A stretch of DNA of 64,000 nucleotides from Thermoplasmata archaeon (GTDB taxonomy: Archaea; Thermoplasmatota; Thermoplasmata; Halarchaeoplasmatales; Halarchaeoplasmataceae), in assembly GCA_046540335.1 (NCBI GenBank), contig JBKHFH010000002.1:5287-69286 (forward strand), given 5' to 3'. Every line of letters starts with the position of its first letter. The first letter of the stretch is position 1. A model generated the notes under the pieces. It was not told the DNA's origin and made no database searches. It worked only from the letters and a program-made list of their open reading frames with translations. Shown one piece after another: positions 17,735 through 26,470 of the stretch. The translations under genes were made by a program, and so were the position numbers.

Positions 17735-18216
17735 AGTTGGACGAAGAAGACAAAAAGTTGATCAGCGTCTTGCAGGAAGAGATCCCTTTGGAAAGGAGAC
17801 CTTTTGAAGAACTCGGTAAAAGAGTCGGATTGAACGAAGAGGAAGTCGTTGAAAGAGTCAAAAGGATGACGGAGAGCGGGATTTTGAAGAGGATCGCGCC
17901 GCTATTATATCACAGGAAAGCAGGGTTTGAAGTGAACGGGATGGTGGTTTGGAAGGTACCTCGAGAGAGTGAAGATGATGCAGGTCTGATATTGTCCGAA
18001 TTTGATGAGGTGAGCCACTGCTATCTAAGAGAGACGACCCCGGAATGGAAATACAATCTTTACAGCATGGTTCACGCCGAGAGCGAGGAGGAGTTGAAGG
18101 AGAGAGTTGAAAAGATGGCTGAAGAGATCGAAGCGGAAGATCATGATGTTTTGAGAAGTACTGAAGAATTGAAAAAGACCAGCCTAAAATATTTTGATTC
18201 GGTAATATCTAGATGA
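17731..18216 (+). CDS. ahbB: Siroheme decarboxylase subunit B
   Basis: NGMVVW, VSHCYLR, YNLYSMVH, ELKKTS motifs. Confidence 0.88.
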   Translation: MKLDEEDKKLISVLQEEIPLERRPFEELGKRVGLNEEEVVERVKRMTESGILKRIAPLLYHRKAGFEVNGMVVWKVPRESEDDAGLILSEFDEVSHCYLRETTPEWKYNLYSMVHAESEEELKERVEKMAEEIEAEDHDVLRSTEELKKTSLKYFDSVISR

Positions 18217-18266
18217 GACTTTTGAATCTGCTCGAAAGGTCCTCATGAAGTTAAAAAGCTGGAGAT

Positions 18267-18857
18267 TCATCTATTCTCCATCCTTTTGTAGATCATAGCT
18301 CCTAGAGCCCCGATGAATAGCGCTGTGAATATTATCTGGATGCCTATGCTGGTGAAGTCCGTACCTATCAGGAAACCGTGGACCAGTACGAAAAACAGCA
18401 TGATGTACATCAGAGCGTGGATCGGCTTCCAGTACTTGGGTATCTTTGATCTAACGAATGCAGCTAATGTGGCTATATATATCAATATGAGAGCTTGTCG
18501 TCCTCCGAGTAGCATGAAAGCGTAGAGTGAAGAGACGTCCGGTATGAAGACCGCAAGACTACTCACTTCTATCGCGAATATGACCGGGTGTAAAGTCGCT
18601 GCCGCTATGCCTATAGCAGCGAAAAGATGATGGACTTTCATGAACGACTTTCCCCATTCTTTGTATATCCGACTCATGAAAGGTGTGAGTAGGACTGCGA
18701 TAGACATCATGTAAAAGCCGGTCAGGGCGAAGAACCGTATGGTGAAATCGTATATATCTCCCCAGCCCATCGAGAGGAAGAGTATCACAACCACTAAGTA
18801 AAGAGCGCCTATAGCTCCTAAAGCACGATATCCTTTTTTAGTCACTTCTCCACTCAT
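18267..18857 (-). CDS. Ferric-reductase-like (MsrQ-type) heme-binding membrane protein
   Basis: About 6 TM helices with His at KVHH, TLHP, WKPIHALMY and LVHG. Confidence 0.7.
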   Translation of the reverse strand: MSGEVTKKGYRALGAIGALYLVVVILFLSMGWGDIYDFTIRFFALTGFYMMSIAVLLTPFMSRIYKEWGKSFMKVHHLFAAIGIAAATLHPVIFAIEVSSLAVFIPDVSSLYAFMLLGGRQALILIYIATLAAFVRSKIPKYWKPIHALMYIMLFFVLVHGFLIGTDFTSIGIQIIFTALFIGALGAMIYKRMENR

Positions 18858-19049
18858 AGTTATGAATGTACTTTTAAACATATAAATATAATCCTGATTT
18901 TAAGTTAACATATATTGAACAAAATTTAATTTCCTCTTTTTTTTTGTTAGCTCTAAGTTGATTTTTCCGACAGCCCTGTCTGATAACAATTAATACAAAA
19001 GGAAATAACTGTATTACTTATTTATACCTCCTCCTATATAACAATAGAT

Positions 19050-20306
19050 GTGCCTTCCGAAGAGGGTAGGGATAACAAAAAGTTCGGAACGCTGAGCGGT
19101 GTTTTCGTACCGACTCTTCTCACCATACTCGGAGTCATACTGTTCTTGAGACTCGGATGGGTGGTACGTCAAGTGGGACTCGTAGGCGCATGGGTAGTGA
19201 TAGGCTTGGCGTTCTTCATCACTGGTATAACAGTCTTATCGATGTCTTCTATAGTAACGAACATGAAGATAGGTCCCGGCGGCGCTTACTCCATAATCGC
19301 TCGTTCTCTAGGTATGGAAGTCGGTGGAAGCATCGGCGTACCTCTATACGTCTCCTTATCCCTCTCCATGGTGTTGTACATCTTCGGTTTCAGAGAAGGA
19401 CTCAGGATGTTACTCCCTCGATATTCACCTCTACTCATAGATTTTGTCGTGTTCGCAGTATTATTCCTTGTAGTTTATATGAGCACCTCTTTCGCTTTCA
19501 AGGTTTAGTATTTCATACTAGCTGTGGTCATCGGTGCTATAATCGCATCCATGGCCGCAGGAATATCTTTTGACATCTCATATCAGATGACTTCACCTAG
19601 AACTGAAAGTTCTTTCTGGATCGTTTTCGCTGTTTTCTTTCCCGCCGCAACCGGGATAATGGCGGGGGCGAACATGTCAGGTGAACTCAAAGATCCGAGG
19701 AACAGCATCCCCTTGGGAACTCTTTCAGCCATCCTGGTCAGTTTGGTAATCTACATGATGCTAGCGTACTGGTTCGCCGGTTTGGCTTCTCCGGCGGAAT
19801 TGGTCTCTAACTTCACGATAATGATCGATCGTGCTTTTTTCGGCCCGCTGGTCCTCGGCGGTCTTCTCGCTGCCACTTTTTCTTCTGCACTCAACTCCAT
19901 GGTCGGGGCCTCTAGGATCTTACAGGCGATGAGCACCCACCATATCTTACCGGGCAATAAGTGGTTATCGAAAAAATCAGGTTCAGGCGAACCAAAAAAT
20001 GCTATCTTGTTCACCGCGTTAATAGTCTCTTTAGGCCTCTTAACCAGAGACCTAAACACCATCGCACCTCTCATCACGATGTTCTTTCTAGAACGATTAT
20101 TGAGCGAAGCGAGGATGCCGATCGACGATGTAATAGTAAAAGCGACGACCACTGAGGAATGGCTAGATGATGCCCCTCAAGCAGACCTGAACATCTTCAG
20201 TTTGCCCCCTAATCCTGACTTCGATAAGATCAGATATCAGTTAGAAAAGAGCAATTCCGCCTGCATGTACTGTAGAGATTCGACCAGGGAAAGCGTACTT
20301 GCGTGA
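19050..20306 (+). pseudogene. Cation-chloride cotransporter / APC permease pseudogene
   Basis: KFGTLSGVFVPTLLTILGVILFLR, GGAYSIIARSLG and FFPAATGIMAGANMSG motifs; in-frame TAG at 19506-19508; apparent large deletion after TMFFL (about 20090). Confidence 0.85.
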
Positions 20307-20460
20307 AATTCATAGGCGGATGTTCGAAATAAAGGACCAGTCCTCTAAAAGTGTTATCTTCTTGCCGTCTTGTTTGTAACCTATGGAAAAATTACTTATA
20401 CTTCAATGGACAAACTCCCCTGCCGCTTTGTATCATCAAGAATCAAATTTGGTGTAATAT

Positions 20461-21465
20461 ATGACTGTAAAGAAAGGAGCGAAGAACGCAGTGAAGGAGT
20501 GTATGGGTGTTAGACCCGATGAAAATGTCGTTATCATCTCTGATTCTAACACTGCCAAGATAGGAAAAGATCTGAAAAGCGCAGCCCAGAACATAACTGA
20601 CGATGTAAAATTTTTCAATCTCAACTCTTACGGAGAGAGGCCGCTCTCCTATTTTCCAGACGAGATAAAGCAGCAGGTCGATATGGCAGATGTGACATTT
20701 TGGACAGCGAAATCCTACGACAGAGAACTGGAATCTTTGAGGATGCCCTTCATAGAATCCGCGGTCGACGGAGGTAGGCACGGTCATATGGTCAACGTGA
20801 CTGAAAATGTTATGAAGCGGGGGATGACAGCGGACTATCAAAAGATAAAAGAGTTCACGGAAAAATTGAGAGAAAAACTCGTAGATACCGAGACCATCAG
20901 GGTCGAGAACGAACAGGGTACCGATATAAAGGCGAGCTTTTCGGATAAATACGAATGGGTCCCTTCTACTGGCATTTACAAGGAGGAGGGCTACTGGGGA
21001 AACCTTCCTGACGGTGAGATCTTCACCGCTCCAGCCGGTTTGGAAGGAAAACTGGTTGTAGACGGTATGCTGGGCGATCATTTTCCCAACAAGTACGGCC
21101 ACGAAGATCTGAAGAAAACGCCCGTGATCGTCGAGGTGGAGAACAACGGAAAACCCCGCGCTACCGAGGTCAGATGTGAGAACGAAGAACTGGAAGATGA
21201 ATTGAAAGATTATCTATCTCGAAACGAGTGCACCTCGATAGTAGGTGAATTCGGGATGGGGACCAACATATTTCTCGATGGTTTCACCAACAATTCTCTT
21301 CTGGACGAGAAGTACCCTGGAGTACATATCGCTTTCGGTGATCCCCTGGGTATGGATACCGGGGCGGATTGGAGCTGTACCGAACACCTTGATATGATCC
21401 TCACGAAGACCGATGTTTGGTTGGACAATGAGAAGGTGATCGAAAACGGTGAATACCTGATCTGA
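20461..21465 (+). CDS. Aminopeptidase, M29 (AmpT-like) family
   Basis: NLPDGEIFTAP, GEFGMGTN, DEKYPGVHIAFG, HLD motifs. Confidence 0.88.
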   Translation: MTVKKGAKNAVKECMGVRPDENVVIISDSNTAKIGKDLKSAAQNITDDVKFFNLNSYGERPLSYFPDEIKQQVDMADVTFWTAKSYDRELESLRMPFIESAVDGGRHGHMVNVTENVMKRGMTADYQKIKEFTEKLREKLVDTETIRVENEQGTDIKASFSDKYEWVPSTGIYKEEGYWGNLPDGEIFTAPAGLEGKLVVDGMLGDHFPNKYGHEDLKKTPVIVEVENNGKPRATEVRCENEELEDELKDYLSRNECTSIVGEFGMGTNIFLDGFTNNSLLDEKYPGVHIAFGDPLGMDTGADWSCTEHLDMILTKTDVWLDNEKVIENGEYLI

Positions 21466-21560
21466 TGAAATCGGTCACGCAATTTTACTAGACTCTAGTA
21501 TATCTATATCGAAAAAACGACCTGTTTTTTAAAAGGTAAAAAAGAAAAAGGGATTTTGTT

Positions 21561-23057
21561 TTACTCGCTCTCTTCTACAACAGCGCCAGATAGTTTAGAG
21601 TGCGGGATGTGTACTTTCTTGCCCATCTCGGTTTCGAGCGCGATAGAATAGCGTCCCACTGATTTTACCGTACCTTCGTAATCTTCGACCTTTATCTTGT
21701 CTCCCTTAGAAATAGTCTGTCCGGACTGTATGGATCCAACTAGATTGAGGAAGACATCTTTGGAACCATAGGCGAATCCGACACCGAGTCCTAGGAATAT
21801 TGCACCGACCGCTATTCCGAACACCAGATACAATATGGGCACTTCGATACCTATCTGCGCTAAAGCCATCACGACAGCTATGTAGATGACCAGTATCTGT
21901 ATCCCTTTTGCCATGAAGCTCACGAAAGGCAGATTCAACTCTCCACCGTGTTCGATGACTTTATCGTGAAGCCAGGTCGCTATCCAGAAGCCGATCAATC
22001 CAATGAAGAGCGCGACTACAAGGTTCGGTAACCACAGTATCACTTCGTTCACGAGTTCTGCCAATTGATTGAACATACCCTCCCTGTTCAGTATACCGAC
22101 CGCGATCTGGATAAATATCAGCATGATGAAGACCTTCAACACGTAGGATAGTAACTTCAACGTGATCCCCTCTCGCTCTATCATCGATTCAACGGGTTCG
22201 ATGACTCTGTCGATCTCGAACTCCTTCAACATGTTGATGACTAGGTCGACCACGAAGTCGGTGACGATCAGTCCTATCATTATCACTGCTAAGGCCGTTA
22301 TCAACAGCGGGATCACGAGCAGTACTGGATTTATGAAGCTAGCCAGTATCGGTATCGCTATTATGTCTAGAGCTATGTTTATGAAGAACAGCAGTATGAA
22401 CGCTTTGACAAAGATGTATATTATATCCATCAGCGAAAAACCGGCCTTATCGCTCATCTTGTCGACTCTCTGAAGATCCTTAGACATCGGACTCTTCCTG
22501 ATGAATTGCTTCAAGAACTTGACGACCATCTCTGCAACGTAAAGACCTATGACCAGGATGATCACTGCAACTATCAAGCGTGGTATGAACAGTACGATCG
22601 GCGTCAAAATTTCGGTCAAAGTCTGTATCCCTGCGTAATCTAGGGCAATCTGTAGAAAGATCACGAAGATGAACCAGAAGAACAGTATACCGATCAGTCG
22701 AGATACCGAGTTGATACCGAGCTTCTTCACCTGCTTGCTTACACCGACTTTCCTCATCGCCTTTTCAACACCTATCTTTTTCAAGACTCTCGCTACGATC
22801 CCACCGGCTATCTTCGAGATTATGTAGCCTATTATAACGACCACTATAAAGAACACTAGACCAGGGATGAACTCCATAAAGTTCTCCCAGATGTCCGTGA
22901 ATACTTCCTGAAGTGTATCGATCACTAAAACGCTATTTCCCTCAGAAACCATTTCGCTATCAGCATTCCCTCCCATCGCTGAAACGCTGCTCAAGCCCAT
23001 AGTCAGTAGCATCAATAGCACTAGACTATAGGCTAAAAATCTGTTTTTATTTAGCAT
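21561..23057 (-). CDS. MscS-like mechanosensitive channel with repeated TM-helix (CmpX-type) modules
   Basis: Repeated [FW][IL]PxL..A..I..IG modules; C-terminal GDKIKV..EGTV..IPHS. Confidence 0.8.
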   Translation of the reverse strand: MLNKNRFLAYSLVLLMLLTMGLSSVSAMGGNADSEMVSEGNSVLVIDTLQEVFTDIWENFMEFIPGLVFFIVVVIIGYIISKIAGGIVARVLKKIGVEKAMRKVGVSKQVKKLGINSVSRLIGILFFWFIFVIFLQIALDYAGIQTLTEILTPIVLFIPRLIVAVIILVIGLYVAEMVVKFLKQFIRKSPMSKDLQRVDKMSDKAGFSLMDIIYIFVKAFILLFFINIALDIIAIPILASFINPVLLVIPLLITALAVIMIGLIVTDFVVDLVINMLKEFEIDRVIEPVESMIEREGITLKLLSYVLKVFIMLIFIQIAVGILNREGMFNQLAELVNEVILWLPNLVVALFIGLIGFWIATWLHDKVIEHGGELNLPFVSFMAKGIQILVIYIAVVMALAQIGIEVPILYLVFGIAVGAIFLGLGVGFAYGSKDVFLNLVGSIQSGQTISKGDKIKVEDYEGTVKSVGRYSIALETEMGKKVHIPHSKLSGAVVEESE

Positions 23058-23290
23058 CTATATTCACCCAGCCTTATAAGTTTTTGATATTATATAAACG
23101 TTATGTGCAATTTCTTGATAATTTATAACCCATCATATATAAATGAATATATTCACGAATCTATGATCGGAGCCTTTTTCAATCCCTTTTCTTTAGATAT
23201 CTTCGAAGTTTTAAGGGAAGAGATCCCATAGTATCCTCTTATCACTTTGATCTGGTTGAAAACGATAGACCTTGCTGCTTTCAAAGAACT

Positions 23291-24751
23291 TCACTCGGAT
23301 ATCCAACCTCTATAGATATCGTCCCTGAATTCATCCGGTATCACTCTTTCCCCACTCATCTCCTCATAGTCCATTATCCCCTCTAAGATATTTTTCCTGT
23401 GAAGCTGCAGAAAGAAGCGGCTGAAATGCAAGAGCCAAAAAACCATCATCACTCCCAACAGAAGGAATAAATTCAGATCAAAAAAGATCACACTCACAAG
23501 GAAGGCTGCCATCCCCGCTAGAGTAACAGACATGAATATGGCCATCCTGACAGGAGAGATGACTCGAGAGGCACTCACCAATTTCTTCCACTTTACGGGA
23601 GGATACTTTGGAGTATCTCTGATAGGAACGTTCCATCTAGTTTTTATCTCGAACCAGTCGGGAAGGATACTTCGATCGTTTTTCAGTTCTTCCTCGATGA
23701 TCTCGCTGACCAGTTTTTTCTTTTTCCTCTGTTTCCTCCCGAAGTAAAGCGGTAGGTGCATCAGCAAGAGCCCGAGTGCGATCAGACCGATCAGACTCAT
23801 GCCGTTGTAAAGATTGACTCCTACCACGCCGATCCCAAATAGGGCAACGCCGATGATGATCATATAGAGATACCTATTCGTGTTGATCTCTTTTTGCAAT
23901 TTTTTCCAATCGTCATGAGTGTATCTTTCGATACTCTTTAGTTGATCTTCCTCCACATCGATATCTATAGACTGGAAAACCTCTTCAGTTTTTTCCGGTG
24001 ATCTTTGAGAGACCTGCTCATAAGTCGCCTCGGCTTTCTTGTACTTCATGATTATATTCATCCCGAACATCGCACTGACCATAACGAAGGCAAAAAAAAT
24101 CATCAGTGTGAAGTCATCGATGGAAGTCCACAATCCGATCAATAGTATAACGAAGGGGACGATAACTGCCATCGCGCCGGCGCCGTAAACCAGTCCCTTG
24201 GGTTTTGAGAGCCTATTCTTGATATCTCTGATCTCCTCCATCCCGAGATAAGGTCTATCGATGTAAACTTCCTTCCACCTATCGCCCAGAGCTCTTCTAA
24301 AACTAGAGACCATTTCGTCGAGTTCTTTCTCTCTGGATTTTTGAATTTTCACTTTTTTACCCGAAGAGAGCAATACGGTAAGCCCAGTCCTTTCTAAAGG
24401 TCCCTGTATCTTGCTGTACTCGGGATAGATATTTTTCACTTCACTGAACGGCACGAAACGTTCTTCTTCTTTGGATTTCAACACGGGTACGGGCTCATCG
24501 AATCCCTCTTCGTAGATTACTAAAGGATACTTGAGTCGGTAGAATACAGGCAGCGTTATAGGGATGAATATCAAAGTGCCTCCGATGATATAATGCCAAT
24601 ACTCGTAAAAAGGACCGAGGAGCTAGGTGAACATGGTATAAAAATAAACGAATGTGAGGAGGTACCCTGATATGATCAGAGGCAAGACGAGTTTTCTGTT
24701 GAACACCCGCTCCTCAAATAGGACTGGACCTTTCTTCCATCTCTCTCTCAT
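23291..24751 (-). pseudogene. Membrane protein of unknown function with an in-frame TAG (24623-24625)
   Basis: ATG at 24751 reads MRERWKKGPVLFEE..YTMFT*LLGPFY.. in frame with the 427-aa ORF. Confidence 0.65.
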
Positions 24752-24800
24752 ATCGTTAGGATATATATCTATAGTATATGATTTTTAATCTTTCCCCGGA

Positions 24801-25115
24801 TCATTCGAACCAGCCGGCTCTCTTCATCGCATTCTGGGCTATCTCGCCGCTTGGACCGTCCCCTCTCGCTACTGTCACGCCAACATCATCTAAGGATTCA
24901 GATATCTCGGCAACGTCTTCATGTGTGAATCCGGGGCACAAAATCATAGAGTCGATCTCTTTTTCCGAGGCGTAGGATTCAGCCACTTCTAGAGCTTCTT
25001 CCTGATCTCTAACCAGATTCACGTATAGAACGTACATGTCCGTCTCCATCTTCTCTCTATGCTTTTCCATATCCGCGTCAGGGCATTCCGCTATGAACAG
25101 ACTCTTGAATTTCAT
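24801..25115 (-). CDS. Small conserved protein (DUF6506-like)
   Basis: ILCPGF..EI...VGV.VARGD pattern; AGGT RBS. Confidence 0.65.
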   Translation of the reverse strand: MKFKSLFIAECPDADMEKHREKMETDMYVLYVNLVRDQEEALEVAESYASEKEIDSMILCPGFTHEDVAEISESLDDVGVTVARGDGPSGEIAQNAMKRAGWFE

Positions 25116-25178
25116 CTATATCTACCTGTTCGTATTAAGAGATGGATGAGGTATTAAACCTTATGAGCGGATACCGGA

Positions 25179-26414
25179 TCATATCTGGTTCTTGCTAAGC
25201 AGGAGTATTATCCCTCCAAGGACTCCGATCACGGCCAAGGAAGAAAGACCGTAATCATACGATCCGGTAAGATAGATCACGAAACCGACCAGTATCGGTC
25301 CTATCACGCTCACGCCGTTCCCTATACCGTTCATGGCTCCAGTAGCGGATCCCAAGAACTTCTGAGGGACCTTCGACTGCAGGAGTGTGAAGAATAGTGG
25401 AGGTGCAAGCTGACCGGTGAAGAATACCAGGAACAGAGATATCATCACCAGGCTTCTTGACTCGAAGTTTAGGTTGGTGAAGAGCACTATCATTACGGAA
25501 GCGGAAAACAAGGATGTCACGATGATCAGCTTTCTTTTACCGGTAATATCGCTTATCCAGGACCCCAATATGAGGGAAAGAACAGCACCCATATAAACAA
25601 AACTGGACCAGAAGGTCATCTGCGATAATTCCAGCCCCTGAGTTTCAACAAGATAAGTGGGCACCCAGAACGTAACGCCCCACCAGAGTGAAGACATCGC
25701 TATGAATCCCGCGAGTATCACTTGGAACTCTTTGTCCTTCACGAGTTTGAGAAGATCGTTACCGTCTGGCCCATCACTCTCATCGTTTTCTTCGCGTTTT
25801 TTAGAATCCGACGGAAACGAAGTGACGAACAAGATCACGGGAATCAGCAGCGCGAAGCCTATGAGACCAAGAGTATAGAAGGACAGTTCCCAGGTCGAAT
25901 TTATGATTATAGGGCGCATTATAAGTGGCGCGAGCATGACGCCGAGAGGTCCTCCTGCCATATAGATCGAGTTCGCTCTCCCCCTCTCCCTCGGGGAGAA
26001 CCACTGACCCGTTACCTTGCTGGCGACAGGGAACACGACTCCTTGACCCACGCCTAGGAGGAGTCTAGAGAAAAGGAAGATCCAGTATATGTGTCCCATC
26101 AAAGCTCCCATCCCGAGAGCTAGAGACCAAGTGATCATGGAGAGGACGAGGAGAAACCTTGGTCCGAATCTATCGACGTACCTTCCAAAATATATGTTGG
26201 AAAAACCGTAACCCACCAGAAAGATCCCCATCAGTACTCCTCCCAGGCTGCCTTTTTGAGCGCTGGTCCATCCCATATCTCCCGAAATCATCGGAAGAGC
26301 GACAGACACGCTCATCCTGGCAAGATAACTGACGGTCACTACCGTCACTAGAATGACTGAGATGAACCACCTATACTTTTTTGAGAGGTGGATACTAGGG
26401 ATCTTATCGAACAT
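25179..26414 (-). CDS. MFS transporter
   Basis: About 12 TM; GRYVDRFGPR motif A; WFSPRERGRA. Confidence 0.93.
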   Translation of the reverse strand: MFDKIPSIHLSKKYRWFISVILVTVVTVSYLARMSVSVALPMISGDMGWTSAQKGSLGGVLMGIFLVGYGFSNIYFGRYVDRFGPRFLLVLSMITWSLALGMGALMGHIYWIFLFSRLLLGVGQGVVFPVASKVTGQWFSPRERGRANSIYMAGGPLGVMLAPLIMRPIIINSTWELSFYTLGLIGFALLIPVILFVTSFPSDSKKREENDESDGPDGNDLLKLVKDKEFQVILAGFIAMSSLWWGVTFWVPTYLVETQGLELSQMTFWSSFVYMGAVLSLILGSWISDITGKRKLIIVTSLFSASVMIVLFTNLNFESRSLVMISLFLVFFTGQLAPPLFFTLLQSKVPQKFLGSATGAMNGIGNGVSVIGPILVGFVIYLTGSYDYGLSSLAVIGVLGGIILLLSKNQI

Positions 26415-26470
26415 AGATTCATCTCCGTATAAAAGGGGGGCTTATCAAGTTTCTGTCTGTATATAAAGTC

